A DNA stretch of 64,000 nucleotides, from assembly GCF_018350175.1 (NCBI RefSeq), contig NC_058368.1, positions 197,286,001 through 197,350,000 of the forward strand. The letters are read 5' to 3'. The notes beneath the pieces were generated by a model. That model saw only the letters and a program-made list of their open reading frames with translations, ran no database searches and was not told the DNA's origin. Origin of the DNA: Felis catus (lineage: Eukaryota). Below are positions 51,601-64,000 of the stretch, piece by piece. Within the stretch, counting starts at the first letter, position 1; each line of letters opens with the position of its first letter. Position numbers and translations under genes: made by a program.

Positions 51601-52194
51601 GGATGGCCTCTGACTCTGCTGCTAACTCGCTATGTGACCTTGGTAAAAATCACTGCTCCTCTTTGGGCCTTAGGTTCTCCACGATAAAATGAGGAGTAGA
51701 GCTACATCATCTCTCAGATCCCTCTATCTATTCGTTTTTCTATCATGATTGTCTCTTCCTTACTTTTACCCTTCGTATTCAATTCGTCAAGATGCTTTCT
51801 CTTTCCTTACTGGATTCACTGTATTCCTTCACTTCTCATCTGCCCAGATCACAGTCCACAGTCTCACGCTTTATGTTCCCTATTGCCATTCAAGCTGGCC
51901 TCCCCGCCTTTTGCCTTTTCTTCTCCCTGTCCTTCTTGTGCTACCCCCCAAGGTAGAGTTTCCAATTTTGTTTTGCCATCCCCAGGCTCAAGGTTCCCTT
52001 CATGGCTCCCTATTGCTCGCTGTTTCTATTCTGCATTTCTCTCCCTCTCCTAGCCCTACCATATCTATCAATTTTAGCCCCATGATCACTGACTTCTCTG
52101 GTATGTAACGACTGGTTTCTCTTCTCTCATGTGTATGCAAAGCTCATTCCCCCTTATCCTACTGATCTCTTTGCTGATAGCCTTGCTATCACTA

Positions 52195-53410
52195 AACCTA
52201 ACAAGAGAATGAAAAAGAAACTGCAGACTTGGAAATAATACATGAAAACCATGTATCTGATACTTGTATCCAGAACATAAAAAAAAAACCAAACCCTTTA
52301 TAACTCAGTGATAAGAAGGTAAATAACCTAATTAAATGGAGCAAAAAGTTTATGAAGATACTTTCGTTCAGAAAATATATGGATGGTTGGGAATGCACAC
52401 TGGTGCAGCCACTCCGGAAAACAGTATGGAGGTTCCTCAAAAAACTAAAAAGGGAACTACCCTACGACCCAACAATTGCACTACGAGGCATTTATCCAAG
52501 GGATACAGGTGTGCTGTTTCAAAGGGACACATGCACCCCCATGTTTATAGCAGCACTATCAACAATAGCCAAAGTATGGAAAGAGCCCAAATGTCCATCA
52601 ATGGATGAATGGATAAAGAAGATATGGTGTATATATATATATATATACAATGGAGTATTACTCGGCAATCAAAAAGAATGAAATCTTGGGTGGGAGGGAG
52701 GGGAGGGTGGGTGATGGGTACTGAGGAGGGCACCTTTTGGGATGAGCACTGGGTGTTGTATGGAAACCAATTTGACAATAAACTTCATATATTGAAAAGA
52801 AAAGAATGAAATCTTGCCATCTGCAACTACGTGGATAGAACTGGAGGGCATTATGCTAAGTGAAATTAGTCAGAGAAAGACAAAAATCATATGACTTCAC
52901 TCATATGAGGACTTTAAGAGACAAAACAGATGAACATAAGGAAAGGGAAACAAAAACAATATAAAAACAAGGAGGGGTACAAAACAGAAGAGACTCATAA
53001 ATATGGAGAACAAACTGAGGGTTACTGGAAGGGTTGTGGGAAGGGGGATGGGCTAAATGGGTAAGGGGCACTAAGGAATCTACTCCTGAAATTATTGTTG
53101 CACTATATGCTAACTAACTTGGATGTAAATTTAAAAAAAATAAGATTAAAAAAATTGTTTAAAGCAAAAAAAAAATAAAAATAAAAATAAAATCATGAAT
53201 GGGGGAAAAAAAGAAAATATATGGATGGCCAATAAGAACATAAAAATGTTCAACACCATTAGTTATTGAGGAAATGTAAATTGAAACAATGAGATAAAAC
53301 TGCACACCTATGGAAAGGCTAAATTCAAAAAGAAGATAGTATCAAGTGTTGGTGAGGGTATGGAGCAACTGGAACTCTCTCACACTGCTGATAGGAATGC
53401 AAAATGGTGG
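52195..53410 (+). mobile_element. Three nested L1 fragments (old L1 > carnivore L1 3' end 52387-53211 > young L1 3' tip 52689-52799)
   Basis: TSDs agaaaatatatggatgg (52370/53212) and aaaagaatgaaatcttg (52672/52800); ORF WECTLVQPLRKTVWRFLKKLKRELPYDP. Confidence 0.92.
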
Positions 53411-53701
53411 CCATGAACTTACTCCTTCGAGATGGACTTACCTCACAGGCATTCAACATCCTTAGGCTGTTGTTTCTTTGCATGCAGTCTTACAATCAGG
53501 ACAAAGCTTGCTGGAACCAGGTGCAAATGAATAAATTTGACAATGTGGGGATGCTGGTGGCCAGAGAAGAACAAATTCCCATAGAGGGGCAGCAACCACT
53601 GGGCTCCGGCTGACTGCTGTCACATGAGGGCCCTGAGCTACAGATCTTCCAGTTTTCAAAGCGAAGCCAAGCATCTAGGCTATGTAGAATATCCCAGTTT
53701 C

Positions 53702-53930
53702 TTTTTTTTTCAATGATCAATATATGTTTTACTTTATTTTATTTTTATTTATTTTTTTATACAATTTGTTGTCCAATTGGTTTCCATACAACACCCAGTG
53801 CTCATCCCAACAGGTGCCCTCCTCAATGCCCATCACCCACTTTCCCCTCTCCCCACCCCACCCCCCATCCACCCTCAGTTTGTTCTCAGTATTTAAGAGT
53901 CTCTTATGGTTTGCCTCCTTCCCTCTCTGA
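53702..53930 (-). mobile_element. Young feline L1 3' end
   Basis: ggtttccatacaacacccagtgctcatccc...ctcagtttgttctcagtatttaagagtctc, flanked by tatcccagtttct repeats. Confidence 0.9.
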
Positions 53931-53946
53931 GAGTATCCCAGTTTCT

Positions 53947-54177
53947 TTTTTTTTTTTTTTAATTTTTTTTTCAACGTTTATTTATTTTTTTGGGGACAGA
54001 GAGAGACAGAGCATGAACGGGGGAGGGGCAGAGAGAGAGGGAGACACAGAATCAGAAACAGGCTCCAGGCTCTGAGCCATCAGCCCAGAGCCTGACGCGG
54101 GGCTCGAATTCACGGACCGCGAGATCGTGACCTGGCTGAAGTCGGACGCTTAACCGACTGCGCCACCCAGGCGCCCC
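53947..54177 (-). mobile_element. Feline Can-SINE
   Basis: TSD agtatcccagtttct. Confidence 0.95.
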
Positions 54178-55997
54178 AGTATCCCAGTTTCTAAATGATG
54201 TCAATGAATTCAAATTTAAACTTTAAAAAATTCACTGTTCTGGGGGTTGGGAGGAGGAAAAGAAAAGAGACGACCAAAAAAAGAACAAAAAAAGAAAAAA
54301 AGATGCTTGTGGGTTTGTTATAGCCTCTGGCCTCTAGTCAATCAGTTTTCAGTGTCTCAGAGTAGGGAAGCAGGCCGCCACTCCAAGTGTTTTCCTGGGA
54401 CCAGCAGGAGCTCCACTAGGGAGCACATTAGACAGGCAGAACCGTAGGCTTTCAACCTAGTTGAGACAATCTAAATTTTATCAATATCCCCAGGCAATTC
54501 ATACACACATTCAAGTTTGAGAAGCACCAGTCTAGGTGTATGGTTCCCAACACCGGGCCAGATTAGAATCACTTGGAGAACTTAAAAGAATGTCTATGAC
54601 TGGGCTGCACTAGGAAGCAAGTAAGTCAGCATATCTGGAGATGTGGCCTAGGCACTGCTATTTTTAAAAACCCATCTGAGTGATTCAAGTGGGCAGTCAG
54701 AGTTGAGAAACATTAACTTAGATCAGTCTGACATTTATGAGTGGCAAAGTGAAGCCTTGGAAAATGGATGGGTGAAATGTCTTGCCCAAGGTCATTAGCT
54801 AGGGTGTGGGAGAATCTGATTTGTGCTCAACCTCTTATCTCACGATTCCCAAGCCTGTGGCTTTTTGCCACTGTTACCTTTGGTTCCTGGGAGCAGAACC
54901 ACAAAATACTCCTGTTCAATGATAGCTCGATAGCTCATGACTGCCAGCCTTCCAGCTAAGTTGCTTTCAGCACTGAATGCCTAACAAGATGGACTGGATG
55001 AAAGGCTGTGAGCTGATGGGCCCCTCCTTCTGCCTATTCAAACCCAAATCCATTTCATTCTCCCTATACATCACCCCCAAAGGTGCTAACTGCTCCTGCT
55101 ATGAAGAAATGGAAGGTCCTCCACCTGGGCCTCAAAACCTTGCTGCATAGGCAGGGAATGGAGGCCAAGACCCCTGGCAGCAGTGTGAGAATCTGGATTC
55201 GGCACCAATCAGCAGTGAGTGGATGGAGTGTGATTGCTGGTCCCTTATCACTCTTGGGCTGCATCAGTAGAAGAACAGGTCCAGAATGGGAAGCTGGTAG
55301 GTCTACTTGAGTCTGACCTAGCACAGTTTTACAGTTGAAGAAACTGGGAGAATTAACTGAGTGCCTCCCACAGAGTGGTTGAGCCAAGATTCCTAACCCC
55401 TCTTTCCAGGAGAAGGTAGTGCTCATAATATGCTGATCCCATGGGATAGTCCTTGAGCAGTTTCGCGGTCAAGGGAACAGAGTAACCACACAAGTAATGT
55501 GTCAGTGAGTTCTCTTGTGTTTTTGGGATACCACGAAGGAGGCCCACATTTCCCAGTGATACTTGTGAAATGTCCTTCTGTTCTTTTAGAACCATTGCCC
55601 CATGCTTTATGGCTGTATTCGCTTCTCTTTTCAACTCTCTGCCATCAAAATAGCCTCCTTCCTAACCCTAGCCTATGCCATGACCCTCTTTGTTCTCCTT
55701 TCACTCCAATTCTACAGCTGTGAAGACAGGAACATTTTGGAGATCTCATACAGGACTCTAGTGGGCAGACAGTCTGGGGACCATCGTACATTTCAGGTCC
55801 ATGACGACCATGCATGCCTCAGTCATCTCCCTAATGACACCACTCTGTCTTGCTCTGCTCTAACACTTCTGTGATCCACCCATGGACCTCAGATCTATAA
55901 TGACCTTGACGGCTCAACACAGAATGAGCATCTTCAGGGTACTCAGCCAGGGGACCCAGTCTGACGTGTGAGCACGAATCTGTTCTGTTTGTTTATT

Positions 55998-56217
55998 AAA
56001 AAAAATTTTTTTTTAATGTTTATTTATTTTTGAGGCAGAGAGAGACAGAGCATGAGCAGGGGAGGGTCAGAGAGAGAGGGAGACACAGAATCTGAAGCGG
56101 GCTCCAGGCTCCGAGCTGTCAGCACAGAGCCCGACGCGGGGCTCGAACTCACAGAGCGTGAGATCATGACCTGAGCCGAAGTCGGAAGCTCAACCGACTG
56201 AGCCACCCAGGCGCCCC
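55998..56217 (-). mobile_element. Feline Can-SINE about 235 bp upstream of exon 2
   Basis: SINE body. Confidence 0.93.
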
Positions 56218-56452
56218 TGTTTATTTTAAATAAAACAGGGGCACCCAGGCCACTGCAGGATTGAGGGAACATGTGTGACAGGTCTTTGATAACAGTTGAG
56301 TACTAAATAATTACAAGGTAATGGTGCAAGCAGTGAGAATTCTTCCATGCCACCAGCCCTGGAGAAAAAATTGTCACTTGACAAGGACTTACAGTCCATG
56401 CTTCTGTCTTGCTTACACCCACACAAATGATCTTTCACTTGCTCTCCTCCAG

Positions 56453-56551
56453 GTAAAGAAACTCCTTCCAAGGATCCAACCATATCGAGTGAGGTTATAG
56501 CCTCATCTGAAGACAAGGAAAAATGTTTCCTGTCCCAGAATATGACTCCAG
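56453..56551 (+). CDS. SH3TC2: SH3TC2 coding exon 2 ([34 protein letters not shown])
   Basis: Polypyrimidine ctctcctccag acceptor, 99 nt, CAG|gtattt donor. In phase with exon 1; matches human [33 protein letters not shown]. Confidence 0.96.
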
Positions 56552-59544
56552 GTATTTAAACCCTAAAGAGAAGCCCTATTTGTTGAAACAATTATTATCC
56601 ATGTCGAATACCACAGTAACCTCCTTATGTCTCCCATCTGCAAGCTCCCTTCCTCTTATCCTTTCTAGGCACCACCACAAAATGCATCGTTGTGGGCATG
56701 GCCTTGACTATGACATTCACTTGCTCACAAATCTTCCGGTGCTCTCTCCATTGCCTGCAGGATTAAGTTAAAGCTTCTCAGGCTGACACTCAAAGCTCTT
56801 CACGATCCAGCACGTATTAGGAGCTCCATATATATTTGCTGTACTAAAGAAAGTATATCATCATCAGGGACCATTTTTGAGGGCAAATCGTGTGTCAAGC
56901 GTGTGCTAAGTGATCGCGTCTCATTGTCGCGTGCTCACCTCTAGGAGGTGCCGCCAAACTCCCCATTGCAAAGGTGGCAGAGTCCCAGAGAGAAAGGCAA
57001 CTTCGCCACCACTGCAAAGCTAGTAGGTGACGAGAAAAGCAATCAAACCTGGGTCCTTGTTCATAACCACCGTGCTTCATTGCCTCTCCAAGCATGTGCT
57101 CCTGTCTGGCATACGAGTGTTAGATTTGCGAAAAAGATTTGCATTATGAATGTTACAAGCGACGTGAACTAGGTAAATGGATATTGCTTACTTGTCATTA
57201 CGGGTTCTTTATTTTTATTATTTTTTCAATTCTGTCCAACTGCTGGGCTGACGATGAGAAAAACCTTGCCCTTTCTTGTTCTTGTGTCGGTCTGCTTATT
57301 TGTCTGTCAGCTTGGGCCATCCTGGAAAAAAAGGTAACTTGCCATCTGTTGTTTCCTGAAGGCAGTGGAGTCAGCATTTTGCCTTCTCAATGCATGAAGG
57401 CCAATGAACAGAGGGTACGTGTAGGTGAAATTTATCCAACCGGGGCTGGTCTCTTCCATCTTTCAGTGTTTTCCTCCAGGATGCTGTTTCCAGGAAAGTC
57501 ACGGAGTGAGAAGGGGACACTTTGCTCCAGCGGCCAAGCTCTCCTTTATGCAGAAGAGGCGTAGACAAAATCAATCAGATACATTAGCATGATTAAACGA
57601 CCAGTTTTCAGAAAGATTTTTAAAAAATGACAAAATGCGATTCACACTAACACTGGAGTGAACTTGATTTATTCCCCGGTCTGGTCATGCTGAGGGCACT
57701 GTAGGATCCCAGACAGGAGGCTCTCACGGATGGCTCTCACCCGTTGGGATCTCAAAAGCAGTTTGCTTATTTAAATCCAGTCTTTTGAGTGACATATCCA
57801 CGGATCCATATAGGGCAAGGAGATCCCCACTGAAAGGACTGTCATTCGTTCGGGGCTATTGCAAGAGATTCTAGAAGGGAGTTTGGAAGGACAGGACAGA
57901 TGGGCTTGGCAAAAAGGCATCCCAGAATCAGAGTCAAGGTTGATTACAGGTGTGACAAGATGAGAGCAGAGAGATCAGGAATTGCTGTAGCACGGGGGTG
58001 GGGGTGGGAAGTTTGTGAGGGTCAAGAGCCAGCGCTTAAGGTGTTAAGTGAGTATTTGCTATGTTGGAGGCCCTGAACAAAAAGCTTTATATGCATAATC
58101 TCATTTGTAAGCCTCTTAAAAGCTGTGTGAGATAGGTTATTCGACAAGTCATTTTGCTAGTGAGAAAAGTCAAGTGTAGAGAGGTAATTAACTGTCGGGC
58201 ATGGCAGTTAGCCAGCGAGGAGCCCAGCCTTGAGCCCAGGTCTGTGTGACTCCGCCTCCCTGGGCTTCGCCTCCTGCCTCCTCCGAGAGGTCAGCGCGCT
58301 GATCAGTGAGGCTACCAGAAGACTGGATCCGCTCGGCTGAAGATGGACGGCTTGGATGAGATTAGATCGCAGGCCAGGGAGGAACGGAGTGGAACACACA
58401 TCCACCCGCAGTTCATGCCAATGTCAGGTCAGTTGGGCGTGTCCTGTTGGAGCCGATCGGCAGCCACAACATTTTCAGGACTTCTAGTTTAAAAATGGGC
58501 CTCTTACAGGTAGGATTCCAGGCTGCCTTGTGTTACCCAGGTCAGCATGAGAGGGGCGGTCTTTAAAGTGCTCAGGGATTTGCAAAGTCCCTGCAAGTTA
58601 GGATTAGAAGAGAGACCTCCATGGTTATGCAGTCCAATGCCTTTTTGGCTCCTTGCGTTTGCTAATTATTAACAAGATGGCTACTTATTGTCTAAAGAAG
58701 GCATGTGGCAAAGTTCGGTTATAAGATGAATCTCCTCAGGGTGACCTTTCCTCACAACACTATTCAAAGGCATACCTCAGCCTCCAAGTGCTTGGTCCCT
58801 CTGTCTGTTCCCCTGATTGCGTTCAGTTTGTAGCACTTTTCTCCATCCGAAATTATTGTGTTCACCGAATGGGTTACTTGCCTAGAATACAAGCTCTGTG
58901 AGAACAGGGACCGTGTCTATTTTGTTCCTGTGATACCCCAGCGCCTGAAGCAGCCTCTGCTCACAATAGTGGTTGAATAAATGTGCATTTTGAAGAAATT
59001 AAAGGTAGACTTTAATACATTACCAGTTACCCTGACAAATATTAATAGAAACATTGTTAGAAAGAAATGGTTTAGAGAAAAACGTATGGTGTATGCATAG
59101 TATATAAAGTACATAATATCTATGACATATCATACATTTGACATATTAATACATTTCCCTATGAATGGATAAGTTGGTATTTGTTCAAAACTTTCACAGA
59201 TCATTCACAGGAGGCAACATATGTCTACCTGTTTGTGTCAGCACTCAGTGCCAGGCAGCATAGAAATATACCTTGTTCAAAGCAGGAATAACCAACGGCA
59301 ACTCCTGGGATTCCAGAACATGGTGGGGCTTCAGCTTTTTCTTTCTCTTTTCTGCCTTGGGGGACATTTTTCAAAAGGTGCTCAGAAGATTGTTAGGTAG
59401 TTAGGAGTACTTGTAATCTCTAATTAATGAGGATACCAATTTAAGGTTTAGGTGTGGGAAGCATTGGGGTTCATCTAATTCTTTCTTCCCTTTTACCGCA
59501 TTTCCAGCCTGACCTGATTGCATTTCTCTCTCTCTTCTCTTTAA

Positions 59545-59700
<156 letters not shown>

Positions 59701-62303
59701 TGAGCCTGCCTTGTGTTCGTCCGGCCGCTGCAAGGTTCACCAGCACCTGGGACAGCGCCGGGAACAAAGTAGGCCCTCAAGAACAGGGCTGACTGAAGGA
59801 AACAATCAATGAAAATGTACATATTTTCTGCCCAACAAGAATAGGCAGCACTCCGAAGCTGGCGAGGAGTTGCAGTCAGAGAAAACGGTTTCAAATCTGC
59901 CACTGTTATTTGTTTGACCTTCTACAAGTTACTTACCTGTGTAGGATGGGAATCGTTATGATGTCTATCAAGTATACTTTAAAAAAAATGAAATTAAATT
60001 TTTTAATTGGAATTTTATTGTTTTTTATTGTGATAAAATATACATAACATAAACTCTCAACTTTAATTATTTTCAGTGTGTAATTCGGTGACATTAAGTG
60101 CACTCACATTGTTATGCAACCATCATCACTGTTCATTCCAGAACTTTTCCATCATCCCAAATGGAAGCTCTGTACCTACTAAACAATAACTCTCCTCTGT
60201 CCCCTTTCCTCAACACTGGTAACCAATAAGTATGTGTTTTTTTAAATTACCAAAATTGCCAATCAAAAATTAGTAACTATACATTTTAGAATGGGAGGGA
60301 AAAAGGCATTGAAGTAAAAAACCAATTCGTCCTCTTTCATAGTGGGTAGCTAGTATCTTCAGTTGTTACACCAAGGAAGAAGGGTATGGCCAAATTATTT
60401 ACAGCTTAGGAGGGACTTACTAGGAGAGCCAAAGTCAGAAATGGTTAAAAATTGTTGCAACTAGAGGTGAGATAAAGAGAATATTACCTTATGTAATAAA
60501 CTAATATGTTCTAGTTATTTTTACAGTCCCTGAATTAATTTGATACAAATTATAAAGGGAAATGTGTTCTATTAATCTGTCACGTATAAAAAAAAAGAAA
60601 GTGTTTGGTTTGTTGGGAGGAGTCAGTGAGTCAGTATCTGTAGAGAGCTTGGCTTTGCTTGGGTGGTGGTATATACTCCATAAATAGTAGATAAATTATA
60701 AATAGTAGTGTTTTTTTTTTTTTAATTTCCAGAATTCAGAAACTTGGAGGCACGAGCTGCTAACTGGCACCATACTTTTTTTAAAATTTGAGTCACTCTT
60801 GGCGTGGGCAAGAGCTGGGTTTGATCGAGCCAGGTGGTCTGCTGGGTTGAGGATTGAGCCAGGCAAACTTGTGTGCCAGAACTGAGACCTGGAGTCAGCT
60901 GGATCTCAGCTCCAGCCAAGGTGCCACGGCACACACACAGGCGACCATGGGCAGATTGCTTAACCTGTCTGTGCCCGGCCCTTGTTGACGTGGAGAGGGC
61001 CATTTTCTATTAAATCTGAGGCGCCATTTGATTATAAAACGCACCAACATCTTATATACCTCAAGGGAAGAAGAGAAATACGGCCAATTAAGTATGATGC
61101 CATGTTTCTTTCTCTCTTGTTTCAGAAATGATCAAATGTGGGAAAAGTGCATCTTAGAATGTATTCAGTAGTGTAATAGTACTCTTTTCACAGGGTTATT
61201 GTGAGTGAATGAGGCAATGTTCATAAAGATCTTTGTGAGGTGCCTGACAATTGCTGGATCTCCCAGAAATCAGTTTTTATCTAGGGCCCGTTCCCTGAGC
61301 AACAGGATCGACATCCTCCAAGGATCTGGGGACTCCTGGGGCCTGGTATGGGAGAACCCCAGCGTTTTGACTTTGTTGTTCTCTCTCCTGTCCTCTTCTC
61401 TTCTATCCACAGGGTAGATAGCCTCTCTTTCTACCCTCTTCTTTCCACAGGGTTCTCCCAGAACAACATTCCGGGGGTTGATCTTTGATGGCAGGACCTG
61501 GCTTGGGGGAGAAAGGATGTTCTGGCCATCAGTCCTTATAGTCAACTCTAGAAGCTTGGATGAGAAACAGAAAATGATTTTAAGGGAAAACCAAGTCTGC
61601 ATAGTGGTTCAGGCCTGTTTTTTCAGTTATTAAAAAAAAAACTGGGGTAGAGGAGCATGCGAACTGGCCTAGCACAGCCTTTCTGGAGGGCAGTTTGGCC
61701 CCCGCGTTTTAGGATTGAAAACATGAATGTCTGCATTCCCAAATGCACATCTCAGAATAACTTGCGTCAAGACTATCAAAGATGTGTACAAAGATTTAAC
61801 TCTAGGATGTTTATCACGGTACTGTTTAGGATGGTAAGAAAATTAAAACAACTCAAATGTCTAACCATAAGGCAATGTTAAGAATTAATTATATTAATGT
61901 AGCAATGACATATGTAACCATTAAGAAGAATGCAGGTTATTTAACGACAAGGGAGCTGGTTCACAAAATATTATTTAGTTACAAAAGATTACAAAACAAC
62001 TTACATAATGTAATTCTACTTATATAAAAATAGTTACTTCCAAACTCACGGAGAGGAAAAAGGATTCAGAGTTAATACACAAGGGTGTTAACATCGATGA
62101 TCTCTAGGAGGGGGGATTGTGGATGATTTTTGTTTTTGTGTAATTTGGTTTTTCTGTCAGCTTTATGAAAATACTCATTAGACATAGATTCACAATCAAA
62201 GTTTCTTTCAAGGTGCCTTCTATTATCTATCCTTCCCCTTCCCTTATACACCTTTTTTTTTTTTTTAACACAAAAGGTATTCTTTGCACCTTGCTTTCTT
62301 TCT

Positions 62304-62528
62304 TTTTTTTTTTTTATTTTTTTTTCAACGTTTATTTATTTTTGGGACAGAGAGAGACAGAGCATGAACGGGGGAGGGGCAGAGAGAGAGGGAGACACAG
62401 AATCGGAAACAGGCTCCAGGCTCTGAGCCATCAGCCCAGAGCCCGACACGGGGCTCGAACTCCCGGACCACGAGATCGTGACCTGGCTGAAGTCGGATGC
62501 TTAACCGACTGCGCCACCCAGGCGCCCC
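62304..62528 (-). mobile_element. Feline Can-SINE
   Basis: TSD caccttgctttctttct. Confidence 0.95.
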
Positions 62529-62795
62529 ACACCTTGCTTTCTTTCTGTTGTGGCTGTTCCATCTAGCAGCATATATTTGGAGCTGTGTCAGAGCACCAAG
62601 AATTTCCTCATTCTTTTTTATGGCTGAGTAATATCATAATATTCCATTGCATGGATGATCATAATTCACCAGTCTCCTATTGATGGATATTTAGGTTGTT
62701 TCCTTTTTTCTTTTTTTTTTGGTGATATAAAAACAAATCAATGCCACAATCAAGAAATTCATACGAAGCATTTTGCGTGTCTATGAGATCATTAA

Positions 62796-63035
<240 letters not shown>

Positions 63036-63648
63036 TGATAACTGAAAGAGGTTAGAGCCCTAACGTGGATGGTTAACTTTTGAAATGTCACAAACTACCT
63101 GGAACTAAATCTAAAGCAAATATTGACTACTACCCTCAAATGCTGTGTGCATTTCAGGAAGAGACTACTTTCTCAGATAATCAAGCAACTGGCAGGAAGT
63201 TCTTAGTGATCTACTAAATTCAAAGGACTGGGAAGGATACAGATTGATGGTTTCGAAAAAAAAAAGGAAACCAGTCTTCAGTAAGATCAGAGTAGCTGCT
63301 CAGAATAGTAAAGCTCTGGATACTGTAGCCCACGTTTTTGGAAAAGGGTCAAAGAAAGGGATGGGAAGTTGTCTGCTAAAGGGGACTCAGATTGCAGGGT
63401 TTTCTAGGAAATGACCTTGCGGAGGGAGGGAGGGGTCAAGATGGTTCTTGGCTAGAAGGTATAGCTTCTCTCGTAGTCATGGCGACTTTCTGTTCTCCAT
63501 ACTGTGCATCTCCTGTGATCATTTAGAGACCTGCCTCCAGTTTAAAGTGTACTCCGTGGACCAGCAGCATTGGCCTCATGTAGAGCTTGCTAGAAAAGTG
63601 GAATCCCAGCACCCATCCCAGACCAACTGGCCCAGCATCTGTATTTTA

Positions 63649-63872
63649 TTTTTTTTTTAAATTTTTTCAACGTTTTTTATTTATTTTTGGGACAGAGAGA
63701 GACAGAGCATGAACGGGGGAGGGGCAGAGAGAGAGGGAGACACAGAATCGGAAACAGGCTCCAGGCTCCGAGCCATCAGCCCAGAGCCCGACGCGGGGCT
63801 CGAACTCACGGACCGTGAGATCGTGACCTGGCTGAAGTCAGACGCTTAACCGACTGCGCCACCCAGGCGCCC
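63649..63872 (-). mobile_element. Feline Can-SINE inside a MER5A remnant (about 63535-63930)
   Basis: TSD agcatctgtatttta. Confidence 0.95.
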
Positions 63873-64000
63873 AAGCATCTGTATTTTAATATGATCCCCA
63901 GGTGATTTATGTGCAATTAAAGTACAAGGTGCACAATTATAGAAAACACACGAGGCCTAAGCAGGTATAATGGAGAGTCAGAATGGAAAAAAAACAGGTT

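Overview
Mammalian genomic DNA, almost certainly from a felid: it carries about 25 feline-type Can-SINEs and feline L1 3' ends. The only protein-coding gene is the 5' part of SH3TC2 on the + strand (Charcot-Marie-Tooth 4C gene). Its coding exons 1-4 lie at 47634-47685, 56453-56551, 59546-59673 and 62841-62946, and the gene continues past the window end. The 47 kb upstream is mostly transposon debris. It also holds a DNAJC8 processed pseudogene inserted inside a Tigger2-type DNA transposon, and a U6/L1 chimeric retrocopy. The main unexplained structure is an ancient direct duplication of the SH3TC2 upstream region (about 8.9-20.3 kb versus 40.85-47.7 kb). Both copies share a MER5A insertion and a CTCF motif, and the upstream copy carries a dead exon 1. 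The two copies are strongly diverged except for a 548/544-bp promoter core that is about 98-99% identical and ends right after a SOX10-type dimeric site. This pattern suggests gene conversion maintaining a spare promoter or shadow enhancer 27.4 kb upstream. Repeat subfamily names and reference sequences are recalled from memory, alignments were done by eye, and repeat boundaries are approximate.
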